64,000 nucleotides of DNA from an uncultured Candidatus Saccharibacteria bacterium. Its GTDB lineage: Bacteria; Patescibacteriota; Doudnabacteria; UBA920. The stretch is from the NCBI GenBank assembly GCA_964490395.1, contig CAZBAS010000003.1:120293-184292 (forward strand), written 5' to 3'. The notes beneath the pieces were generated by a model that was not told where the DNA came from, made no database searches, and saw only the letters and a program-made list of their open reading frames with translations. Positions 55,819-64,000 of the stretch are shown piece by piece. Position numbers and translations under genes: made by a program. Position 1 is the stretch's first letter, and each line of letters opens with the position of its first letter.

Positions 55819-55992
55819 ATGGGTATGGAAACTCGTCATTTTGAAAAGTCTGAACCTGCTTCTCCGCTTTTAGATGAAAGCAAGCAAGATGATTTTATGG
55901 ACACAAGACGCACGTGTCCACGGTGCGGTGCGAAAAATCCAATCGACGCATATTATTGTACCCAATGTGGTGTTTTGCTTCGAGATAAATAA
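55819..55992 (+). CDS. small zinc-ribbon protein (about 57 aa)
   Basis: CPRCGAKN....YYCTQCG is two CxxC pairs. Coordinates are within 1 nt. Confidence 0.35.
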   Translation: MGMETRHFEKSEPASPLLDESKQDDFMDTRRTCPRCGAKNPIDAYYCTQCGVLLRDK

Positions 55993-55995
55993 AGT

Positions 55996-57495
55996 ATGGC
56001 AAAAGTTTCAAGTAATATTTTTTGGCTTTCTATCTCTCGAGTAGTAGGTTTGGTACTGCTGTTTTTTGCGTACACCCAACTGTTTAGGTATTTGGGTCCA
56101 TATGGCACTGGTCAGTACCAGTTTGTGCTGTCTTTGGTAACTATATTTGGCATTATTATTGACCTTGGAATTTCTCAGTATGTAACTAAAAAGATTGCCG
56201 AAGACCATAGTAGTGCACCAAAATATTTTTATAACTTTTTAGCGGCAGAGGTAATACTCGCAGCAGTAGTGTACGGGCTTCTCGTGCTCTACGTGTTTGC
56301 TCGGGGATACGAGCCAGTAGTACGTGAAGCGGCTATGGTGGCGGGCGGGGGACTCTTTTTATATGGACTTACAGTGCCGTTTCTTGCGGTACTTTCTGGT
56401 TTCCAAGAACTGCGTAAAGTAGCAATAAACAACTTTGTTGCTTCTCTTGTGAATGTGGTCATCATTCTCACTGCGGTGTACTTTAGGCATTATATAGTCT
56501 ACTTAGCGTTGAACCAGGGGATTGCTTCGGCATTTTCTTTGGCTTTGTACTACGGACATGTACGCGCACACATCCCTGGGCTTAAGCTCCGGCATGCCAT
56601 AGATGCATTTGATTTTTCTTTGCTTAAAAAAATACTGCGCGCTGCAGCACCCTTTGCGCTTTTGGTTAGTTTTAGCACTATCTACAATCGGGTAGATGTG
56701 GTTATTATTACTAAACTATTGGGGTATGAGGCAACAGGCTTGTATACGACCGCCTATAAGATTGTAGACTTAACTAACTTTTTTCCTGCAGTAGTGTCGC
56801 ACTCGCTCTATCCTGCGCTGGCCGCCCTTATGGCTAAAAAAGCCTTTGGCGAAGTGCGCAATAGTTTAGAACGCTATGTACGGTTTATGATTGCCATTGC
56901 ACTGCCGCTGGGCGTGGGTGGGAGTTTGCTTGCAAAGCAGCTCATATTAGTGCTCACGAGCGGAGATGTGCGCTTTTTACCTTCGAGCAGTGTACTGGCT
57001 ATTTTGGTATGGGCCATTGTTATATTGTTTGTGTACGTTACTGCCAATGCCCTGGTAACCTCTCAGCTTACTAAGTGGGCGGTCGCTATTACGGGAGCAA
57101 ATGTCATTGTAAATGTAGTGGGCAATTTTCTACTGGTTCCGCATTATGGCATTAAGGGTGCCGCAGTGATGACTGTGTGCTCCGAGTTTCTCCAGGGTGC
57201 ATTTTATTTTTACTTTATAAAAAAGAATATTACAGACTTCAAGTTACTGGGCCAGTTTATAAAACCGATCCTCGCAGCCGCGGTTATGGGCGTAGTGTTG
57301 TGGTTTATTCGCGACTGGTCACCATTGCTGGTACCGCTGGAGGCAAGTACACGGCACTTGCTGCCCCTTATTTTAAACCTTGCCGTTGTTGGCGGTGTTG
57401 GACTTTTGGCCTATGTGGCAGCGCTCGGCGCACTAAAATTCTTTACTTCTGAGGATCTCCAGTTCCTTAAGCGATTGTTTCGTCGCACTGTTTAA
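55996..57495 (+). CDS. Wzx-type oligosaccharide flippase (polysaccharide biosynthesis protein family)
   Basis: It has 12-14 transmembrane helices. The N-terminal WLSISRVVGLVLLFFAYTQLFRYLGPYGTGQYQFV is typical of the Wzx/PST family. Confidence 0.8.
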   Translation: MAKVSSNIFWLSISRVVGLVLLFFAYTQLFRYLGPYGTGQYQFVLSLVTIFGIIIDLGISQYVTKKIAEDHSSAPKYFYNFLAAEVILAAVVYGLLVLYVFARGYEPVVREAAMVAGGGLFLYGLTVPFLAVLSGFQELRKVAINNFVASLVNVVIILTAVYFRHYIVYLALNQGIASAFSLALYYGHVRAHIPGLKLRHAIDAFDFSLLKKILRAAAPFALLVSFSTIYNRVDVVIITKLLGYEATGLYTTAYKIVDLTNFFPAVVSHSLYPALAALMAKKAFGEVRNSLERYVRFMIAIALPLGVGGSLLAKQLILVLTSGDVRFLPSSSVLAILVWAIVILFVYVTANALVTSQLTKWAVAITGANVIVNVVGNFLLVPHYGIKGAAVMTVCSEFLQGAFYFYFIKKNITDFKLLGQFIKPILAAAVMGVVLWFIRDWSPLLVPLEASTRHLLPLILNLAVVGGVGLLAYVAALGALKFFTSEDLQFLKRLFRRTV

Positions 57496-57507
57496 CTCAC
57501 ACACAAC

Positions 57508-57551
57508 AGTCTGTTCGCAATTTAAGCGGCCGCTTAAATTGCGAACAGACT
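57508..57551. terminator. perfect 44-bp palindromic terminator
   Basis: agtctgttcgcaatttaagcggccgcttaaattgcgaacagact. Confidence 0.65.
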
Positions 57552-57565
57552 TTTAAGAGCTGTAC

Positions 57566-58009
57566 ATGAAAGACGCAGTTACAAAAATTATGGTGTTTGG
57601 GACGTTTGATATTTTGCACCCAGGTCATGTGCACTTTTTTAAACAAGCACGCAGGCTTTCTCGCAAGCCCTTTTTAATAGTTTCCATTGCGCGTGATGCT
57701 TCGGTAAAAAAGGTAAAAGGCAAGGCGCCCTTGTATTCAGAAACGGCTCGTGCAGCATTTGTGCAAAAAACAGGTCTTGCAGATAAAGTGGTGCTTGGAG
57801 ACACAAAAGGCCACATGCCGCACATTCTTAAAGAAAGCCCAGACATTATTGCTTTAGGGTATGACCAAGCTGGCTATTATGTGGAGGCCACGGAAAAGTA
57901 TTTGCAAGATAATAACATCCCCATACGCATAGTCCGGCTTAAGTCCCACCACCCAGAGAAATACAAATCCTCAATCTACAAAACTAAACTCGCTGAAAGA
58001 AGTGCGTAA
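57566..58009 (+). CDS. cytidylyltransferase-family nucleotidyltransferase (TagD/RfaE-II-like)
   Basis: It has the HxGH motif FGTFDILHPGH and a KMSSS-like region. Confidence 0.7.
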   Translation: MKDAVTKIMVFGTFDILHPGHVHFFKQARRLSRKPFLIVSIARDASVKKVKGKAPLYSETARAAFVQKTGLADKVVLGDTKGHMPHILKESPDIIALGYDQAGYYVEATEKYLQDNNIPIRIVRLKSHHPEKYKSSIYKTKLAERSA

Positions 58010-58244
58010 ATCCTATGGCCCTCCTAACAGAAGATGCTCTTCTGTTTGCATACTGAATGCCGTACTTAATTGGCAATGGACTTATATCCTAAGTATGGTT
58101 TATAAGTCCTAGCTCGATTGTGTATTTGGTCACTTGCCAAAATTTCTTTGTTCTGGCAAGCTTGCGGTAGAACAACCTTGGTTAATAAGTATATTTACCA
58201 GGAAAATACCAACACCTTACATTCCCTGATCAAGGAGGCGCCTT

Positions 58245-58487
58245 ATGGCAAGGCAATCGCAAGATCCGGAGCCAGGCAACTGGTTTTATAAAAGGTTGGG
58301 CGACATATGTGTTCGTATGGAGTATGCGTTTGTTGCTGGTGCGTACCGTTGGGTACAATCAGATGATCAGCCTACTCAGTTCACACCGAATCGCACACCA
58401 TCATATGCCAACGATCTATGCGGATCGTGCGGCAACCTAAAATGGCTCAATCGGTGCCCCCAGTGCAAGGGGTACAAGAAACCTTAG
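58245..58487 (+). CDS. small Cys-rich hypothetical protein
   Basis: CGSCGNLKWLNRCPQCKG. Confidence 0.3.
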   Translation: MARQSQDPEPGNWFYKRLGDICVRMEYAFVAGAYRWVQSDDQPTQFTPNRTPSYANDLCGSCGNLKWLNRCPQCKGYKKP

Positions 58488-58553
58488 CCCGCCATCATAA
58501 CAATTTTAGATGGAGTTACGGGCTTTTATTTATGGTAGATTTAGTGGTCCTGT

Positions 58554-58651
58554 TTTCCCCCTAAGATAGGGGAAGTTAGATGGGCAGGAGCTAATAGTTT
58601 CGTGGTTCATACCACCCCTAACCCCTCCTATTTTAGGAGGGGAACAAATGC
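58554..58651. repeat. composite palindromic repeat P4, near-identical to 20030-20135
   Basis: ttttccccctaagataggggaagttagatggg is followed by cataccacccctaacccctcctattttaggaggggaacaaatgc. Confidence 0.55.
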
Positions 58652-58711
58652 TGTAATGGTTGGGGTTTGGTGTATTTTGTACCTATAGTTTTTTGTTGTT
58701 ACAATATACGT

Positions 58712-59908
58712 ATGATTATAGGTATAGAAGCGGAGCGGGCGAATAATCCGGTTAAGACGGGGGTGGAGCATTATGCGCAGCAGCTCATATTGCAGTTCGC
58801 TCAAATAGATGCGGAAAATCAATACATTTTATATTTACGCACTCAGCCTGAGGAGTGGATATTAAAGCTTCCTAAAAATTTTAGTTACAAGGTAATGCCA
58901 TTTCCCATTTTTTGGACACAACTACGTTTGTCCTGGGAAATGCTTAGGCATAAGCCGGACGTCTTATTTGTCCCGGCAAGTTCTATGCCCATTATCCATC
59001 CACGCAAAACCGTGGTTACGGTGCATGATTTGGCGTTTATGTTTTACCCGGAAACGTATACCACGTTCATGCGGTACTTTCACATGTTTGAGGATGTGTT
59101 GGTGAGTCAGCTTGCGTGGAAAATTATCACTGTTTCCGAAAGTACCAAGCGCGATTTTGTTAAGTTTTGGAAAACGGATGAAAAGCGCATAAGCGTTGTA
59201 CGTCATGGGTTTACTCCGGTCTCCGGTCCCTCTCCTCGTGAGGAGGGGCAGGGGGAGGTCATAGTAAAGAATGACGATGCATTAAAAGTTTCTATGACCC
59301 CCTCTAACTCCCCCTCAAGCGGGGGAGCACCGGACCTAGGCAATAAGCCACAAGCTACCAGCTCACTTCAGTTGCCGGAAAAGTTTGTACTGTTCCTCTC
59401 AACTATCCAGCCACGCAAGAATTTGAGCGGGCTTATAGCTGCATTTCGTAAGTTTAAACAAAATCATCCTGAAGACTCCCATAAGCTTGTAGTAGCAGGT
59501 AAAATTGGTTGGAAGGCAGAGGGGATATTGCAGGAAATAGAGCGTAATAAAGATGTGGTACTATATCTAAATCACGTTACGGACGAAGAGCGGGCAGAGC
59601 TGTACAAAAAGGCGTCGGCTCTTGCTATGCCCAGCCTGTATGAAGGGTTTGGTATGTGGATACTCGAAGCCTTTGATGCTGGCGTGCCAGTTATAACATC
59701 GAATATTTCTTCCATGCCGGAAGTGGCAGGGGATGCGGCCGAGTACTGTGATCCTAAAAGCATAGAGAGCATAACAGCAGCCTTAGAAAAAGTGCTTTTG
59801 GACAAAGAAAGAGCCGCCACGCTTGTACAACAAGGGCGTGAACGGCTAAAGATGTTCTCCTGGCGCAAATGCGCTGAGGAGACTTTAAAAGTTATTCAAG
59901 CAAAGTGA
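58712..59908 (+). CDS. family 4 glycosyltransferase (GT-B) with a repeat-derived insert in the interdomain linker
   Basis: The C-terminal EGFGMWILEAFDAGVPVITSNISSMPEVAGDAA is the GT4 E-x7-E region. The insert PSPREEGQGEV...SNSPSSGGAPDLG is encoded by the palindromes at 59225-59330. Confidence 0.8.
   Translation: MIIGIEAERANNPVKTGVEHYAQQLILQFAQIDAENQYILYLRTQPEEWILKLPKNFSYKVMPFPIFWTQLRLSWEMLRHKPDVLFVPASSMPIIHPRKTVVTVHDLAFMFYPETYTTFMRYFHMFEDVLVSQLAWKIITVSESTKRDFVKFWKTDEKRISVVRHGFTPVSGPSPREEGQGEVIVKNDDALKVSMTPSNSPSSGGAPDLGNKPQATSSLQLPEKFVLFLSTIQPRKNLSGLIAAFRKFKQNHPEDSHKLVVAGKIGWKAEGILQEIERNKDVVLYLNHVTDEERAELYKKASALAMPSLYEGFGMWILEAFDAGVPVITSNISSMPEVAGDAAEYCDPKSIESITAALEKVLLDKERAATLVQQGRERLKMFSWRKCAEETLKVIQAK
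59225..59330. repeat. two GC-rich palindromes inside the GT4 gene
   Basis: ccctctcctcgtgaggagggg and ctccccctcaagcgggggag. Confidence 0.35.
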
Positions 59909-60117
59909 CGGCTTATTATTTTGATGTGCTCCATACTTGTAACGCTGGCCAGGACCTGACCCGCGGCGCTACTAATAATAAGTGTGCCATCTTTTAGGGT
60001 TAATATGCCCTTGTGGATTACGAAATCAACCTTGCCGTCGGGCATTAATTGGCCAACTTTTACTGTAGCCATTAATCTGCTAACACCCAGTGCGGTATAG
60101 ACTCTATGCTTGGTCAT
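59896..60117 (-). CDS. hypothetical small protein (73 aa)
   Basis: ORF only. Confidence 0.3.
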   Translation of the reverse strand: MTKHRVYTALGVSRLMATVKVGQLMPDGKVDFVIHKGILTLKDGTLIISSAAGQVLASVTSMEHIKIISRHFA

Positions 60118-60229
60118 TTGTTGCCTCCTTTGGGGACGTCAGAAAGTATCTCTATCTTAGCGGAATAATAACAGGCTATTCATAAAAACGCGAATATTCC
60201 CATTTTTACTTTATTTATCTTGATAACTC

Positions 60230-61993
60230 ATGTTGAGCACCTCATTTACTAACCATAAATTTTTTAAAAATCAATCCATACTTATTTTGCTACTCTGGCA
60301 GACGCTTTCCGTGTATCTTATGGCCGTGGGAACGTGGCCTGCGTGGGTGGCTTGGGTGAATGTTGGGCTCATTATTTTATTTATTGTGCTCAGACCTGCT
60401 TTCGAAGGTCTTTTGCTTGCCGTGGGGTCCATTGCTTTTTATGTGGTGCTGCCGAGCCATTTTTCTGACACCCTATCCATGTGGCGACCTGTGGTGGGTG
60501 TATTGTTTTTAAAAACGGTTTGGGAATGGTGGTTTGTTTCTTCTCCTAGGGTAGGCGGAGCTAGAGGGGGTGCGAGCGCTCATACCACACCCAACCTCTC
60601 CTATCTTAGGAGAGGAGTAAATGCCGCTCGTAGTATAGTTTTGAACTTTCATAATTCCCTCTACACCTATGAAAAATTTGGTGCCGCGTTATTTGTTTTA
60701 GCCATACTATCGCTTGCACTTGCGCGATACCCGCTTCGTGGCGCATCGCAGCTTGTTTTTTTGCTCAACACAGCGTTGCTCTATCCTATTGTAGTGTGGG
60801 CTGTTAAAAGCCGTGACCAGTTTATTCGCGTGCTTAGGTACGGCGCCCTATCTACGGGGGCCATCATAGCTATTGGATATGTACAATTTACCGCAACACT
60901 GTTTAGCGTAGCGTATTACTTTTGGCAATATTGGGCGCTGCGTGTGGCAACGTTGTACTATGGGTTGCCGCTTGCTAAAGTGCTGCAGTATTCAAACTCT
61001 TGGGTTACGGTCCAGGGCGAAGCAAAAACCCTTCGCATGTTTAGTATTATGCCGAGCAGTCATGCCTTTGCTATGGTCTGCGTATTGTTTTTAGCGTTCG
61101 CGTTACCATTGTTGTATGTGTCATCCTCGCGAAGGCGGGGATCTAACTCGCCTACAAGCGAGCAAAAAGCCGGTACTCTGTTGTCGGCTGGTGGACCGAC
61201 GTGGATTCCCGATCGGGTCGGGAATGACAGAAGAGGCAGGCTTTGGCTGGGAGTTGCGTTGGCGTGCTTGGCACTGATTGTTTCTGGAACGCGTGGGGTG
61301 TGGGCTGGTATGGTGCCAGTGTTTATTATTGTTGCATTACTCTACAAGATAAAAAACCTTAAGCTTACTGAGCTGCTTAGGCCCGCGCTGGCCGCCATGT
61401 TACTTGCGATAATTTTATTTGAAGCATCACCGTTGTTGGATCGTGGGTTTGCTTGGGTACGAAACGCAAGCGGAGAAGCGACCTTGGATAGAGTAGAAAG
61501 TATTATTAACCCCGAAGAAACATCGAATGCTGGAAGGCTCGAAATGTGGAGGGCTGCGTCAAAGTATGCGCTGCATCATCCGTTTGGGGTAGGGTATGCT
61601 AACTTTGTAGTCACTCTTTCTACAACTGCCAAGGACGTGAGTTTTGACCAGGCCGCAAGCCAGGAAAACAAACTGTATCAACTTCCTCAGCGTTACGTCA
61701 CAGCTCACAGTCTGTACCTGCAACTGCTGGTTGAGCTGAGTGCGATAGGTCTTATACTGTTCGGACTGTTCTGGCTAAGTTTTTTCTACCGCATGTGGGA
61801 TTACGTACGATCTCGGGCCTACAGCATAAGCCCCGAAACCATATATATTGCAAGCCTTTGCGTGGTATTCCTCTGGTTTCTTGCCTATGGCGTATTTGAT
61901 GTGACTTGGCTTAATGATAAGATATTACTGTATACCTTTCTAGCGTTAGGCCTCGCGAGGATTGCAGTGTCCACCACAAGCAGCGCCGATTAA
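60230..61993 (+). CDS. O-antigen ligase (Wzy_C)-like polytopic membrane protein carrying two in-frame repeat insertions
   Basis: It has a 12-TM topology with a large loop. The inserts at 60538-60625 and 61129-61229 are translated without stops as ...AHTTPNLSYLRRGVNAA... and ...SSSRRRGSNSPTSEQKAGTLLSAGGPTWIPDRVGNDRRG... Confidence 0.55.
   Translation: MLSTSFTNHKFFKNQSILILLLWQTLSVYLMAVGTWPAWVAWVNVGLIILFIVLRPAFEGLLLAVGSIAFYVVLPSHFSDTLSMWRPVVGVLFLKTVWEWWFVSSPRVGGARGGASAHTTPNLSYLRRGVNAARSIVLNFHNSLYTYEKFGAALFVLAILSLALARYPLRGASQLVFLLNTALLYPIVVWAVKSRDQFIRVLRYGALSTGAIIAIGYVQFTATLFSVAYYFWQYWALRVATLYYGLPLAKVLQYSNSWVTVQGEAKTLRMFSIMPSSHAFAMVCVLFLAFALPLLYVSSSRRRGSNSPTSEQKAGTLLSAGGPTWIPDRVGNDRRGRLWLGVALACLALIVSGTRGVWAGMVPVFIIVALLYKIKNLKLTELLRPALAAMLLAIILFEASPLLDRGFAWVRNASGEATLDRVESIINPEETSNAGRLEMWRAASKYALHHPFGVGYANFVVTLSTTAKDVSFDQAASQENKLYQLPQRYVTAHSLYLQLLVELSAIGLILFGLFWLSFFYRMWDYVRSRAYSISPETIYIASLCVVFLWFLAYGVFDVTWLNDKILLYTFLALGLARIAVSTTSSAD
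60538..60625. repeat. diverged copy of the composite palindromic repeat (P5), inside a CDS
   Basis: cataccacacccaacctctcctatcttaggagaggagtaaatgc resembles cataccaccccaacccctcctattttaggaggggaacaaatgc. Confidence 0.5.
61129..61229. mobile_element. MITE-like element (B3) with TGTCATCC...GGAATGACA termini, inside a CDS
   Basis: The terminal inverted repeats are tgtcatcctcgcgaagg and ccgatcgggtcgggaatgaca. Confidence 0.45.
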
Positions 61994-62015
61994 TGGTTAG
62001 GTTATCTTCTACTAT

Positions 62016-63194
62016 ATGGCAAAAGTTACTCTCATACAGGTGATCTACAATGGCATGCGGTATATACCGCAGTCGTTTGATTCGATGCTGCAGCAAACAG
62101 TTCAGGATGTAGATTATGTTGCTGTGATCTGTGGCAATGCAGATAGCGGGAAAGAGTATATCCAAGAACACTATCCTGCAGTGCGCGTTATTGATTTGGG
62201 AGAGAATGCTTTTTTCGCTCGTCCTCATAACATTATCTTTAGCACCTATACTTCTGACTTTTTTCAATTGGTCAATCAAGACTTAATCTTGGAACCAAAC
62301 TATGTAGAGGAAATGCTCAAGGTTTTTGCGTTGAATCCGCGCATTGGGGCTGCTACCGGTAAACTGCTTAAGTACGATTTCGTAAATAATAAAAAGTTGG
62401 ACATTATAGACACGACCGGTGTGACTGTGTGGACAAATGGTCGTGCTGCGGATCGTGGTCAGAATAAAAAAGACAGTGGGCAATTTGATGCATTGTTGGA
62501 TGTAATCGGAGTTTCCGGGGCCGGGCCCATGTACAGGCGTGAAGCCCTGGAGGACATTAAGATGCCGAAGTTCAGTAAGCAGCGTTGGCAAGTGCAGGAC
62601 AATCGTCTGGCGCCCTCAGAAAGTAACGACCCAAATTTTGTTACAGAGTACGAATACTTTGATGAAGACTTTGTTGCATACTGGGAAGATGTAGATTTAT
62701 CGCTTCGCATGCAGGCTAGGGACTGGAAGTGTGTGTATGTGCCTGTGGCTGTGGGGTACCATGGGCGGACCGCTGCTTCCTCTGAAAAAGATTACGCAGA
62801 TGTTGCTGCGTACCAGAAGCACCACAATAGTCTTTCCAGCTTTGTGAGGCAGATGAACTATAAGAATCATATTTTTCTGACGCTTAAAAATATTCCAATT
62901 ATTTCTTGGAAATTTTTTGCTCGAGAATTTTTTATGCTGGCGTACATACTTTTGCTCGAGCGTGCAACTTTAGGAATTTTTTCAGTCTTTTTGAAGCAGG
63001 CGCCCACTATGTTAAAAAAGCGGGGCTGGATAGCGAAACATAGAAAGACCAGAACGTGGCTAGGTATGCGACAGCGTCGGGGTATTGTTTCACTTGTTGA
63101 TGACGTAGAGGGCGTAAACCAGTCTAACGCTTCACTGAGTCATTGGGTGAAAGAGTTTTTTAGGCTCATGCGTTTGGTGGTCGGGAAGAAATAA
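62016..63194 (+). CDS. family 2 glycosyltransferase
   Basis: It has a GT-A N-terminal domain with a DxD-like EDFVAYWEDVDLSLR. Confidence 0.65.
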   Translation: MAKVTLIQVIYNGMRYIPQSFDSMLQQTVQDVDYVAVICGNADSGKEYIQEHYPAVRVIDLGENAFFARPHNIIFSTYTSDFFQLVNQDLILEPNYVEEMLKVFALNPRIGAATGKLLKYDFVNNKKLDIIDTTGVTVWTNGRAADRGQNKKDSGQFDALLDVIGVSGAGPMYRREALEDIKMPKFSKQRWQVQDNRLAPSESNDPNFVTEYEYFDEDFVAYWEDVDLSLRMQARDWKCVYVPVAVGYHGRTAASSEKDYADVAAYQKHHNSLSSFVRQMNYKNHIFLTLKNIPIISWKFFAREFFMLAYILLLERATLGIFSVFLKQAPTMLKKRGWIAKHRKTRTWLGMRQRRGIVSLVDDVEGVNQSNASLSHWVKEFFRLMRLVVGKK

Positions 63195-63240
63195 TACCCG
63201 GCGTGGTATTTTTCACTCTAAGTATTAGAAATAAATTCAA

Positions 63241-64000
63241 TGGAGCTTTCAATTATTCTTGTTCCGTATAAGTGTAAAGAAGTGTTTAAGGTGGCGTTGG
63301 ACGCAGTATACGCATCCAGGGTTAACTTTGAGTACGAAGTTATTATTATAGACAATGATTCGCAAGATGGGACAGTAGAAATGGTGGAGCAGGAGTATCT
63401 ATCGAAGCCTGATATTGCTGCTAAAACAACGCTTATAAAAAACACTAACGAGGGTTTTGCGAAAGGTAACAACCGAGGGTTGAGAGTATCTAAAGGTGCT
63501 TATAAGTTATTGCTGAACCCGGATACAAAAGTGGCCCCTGATACATTGCAGACAATGATGGACTTTATAAAGTCTCGTCCCGATGTTGGCATTGCTACCT
63601 GTAAGCTTGTAAAAGGTGATGGTACGCTCGATGCTGCATCGCGCCGAGGCTTACCCGACCCATGGAATGGATTCATGCGGGTGACAGGCTTATCGTTTTT
63701 GCTTCCTAAATCAAAACTAATTGCAGGGTATAACCTGACCCACGCTGATCCCGATGAGGAAATGGAGATAGGTGCATGTGTTGGGGCGTTTATGTTCGTT
63801 AGCCCAACGTGCTATGAAAAAATAGGCTTGTTGGACGAACAGTTTTTTATGTATGGGGAAGACTTAGATTGGTGCAAGCGTGCGCACGATGCAGGGTTTA
63901 AAATTTGGTATTATCCTAAAACCACTACCATACACTACAAAGGGTCTTCATCTAAAAAGAACTCAAAGAAAGCGTTATACGAGTTTCACAATACCATGTG
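63241..64000 (+). CDS. family 2 glycosyltransferase, 3'-truncated by the window edge
   Basis: IIIDNDSQDGT and GACVGAFMFV...YGEDLDWCKRA are typical of rhamnosyl/GT2 enzymes. The ORF runs off the end of the window. Confidence 0.7.

Noticed and set aside
1-64000. rRNA genes, CRISPR arrays, transposases and prophage structural genes.
   Set aside because: None were detected. There are no long direct repeats with spacers, and no DDE transposase or capsid/terminase-like ORFs.

Overview
This 64 kb window appears to be chromosomal DNA from a small-genome bacterium with roughly 45-50% GC. The gene content looks Patescibacteria/CPR-like, but that is an inference from the short EF-Ts, the many cell-envelope glycosyltransferases, a sortase, small standalone GIY-YIG genes and several four-helix-bundle proteins of the 23S-rRNA intervening-sequence family. 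The core genes I can support are rplY, prmC, prfA, rpmE, rpsB, tsf, lexA, truB, scpA, scpB, aspS, lgt, galE, tRNA-Thr and tRNA-Glu. I also call a T-box leader in front of aspS and a possible tmRNA. There is a copper and metal-handling locus: DsbA, DsbB, a CopD/YtkA-like protein, two YcnI-like proteins, an Nramp transporter and a P-type ATPase. The right end of the window is a large envelope and glycan cluster with GT2 and GT4 glycosyltransferases, a Wzx flippase, an O-antigen-ligase-like protein, a subtilase, a lytic transglycosylase, a sortase and its probable substrate. The most unusual signal is three families of short palindromic, MITE-like repeats: TGTCATTGCGAGGAG...CTCCTCGCAATGACA, TGTCATTCCGG...CCGGAATGACA and CCCCTAnnnTAGGGG with a TGGGG tail. 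Copies of all three families lie inside conserved genes (lgt, truB, the O-antigen-ligase-like gene, a GT4 gene and a polytopic membrane protein) without breaking the reading frame, much like Rickettsia palindromic elements. Other points of interest are a tRNA-Thr, integrase and GC-rich cargo island bounded by a tmRNA-like gene, a cluster of Avd-like four-helix-bundle paralogues around lexA with no reverse transcriptase, an AT-rich two-gene cassette, and degenerate tandem copies of the 5' end of an exonuclease gene. All coordinates are 1-based within this window. Repeat and terminator boundaries are approximate to a few nucleotides.
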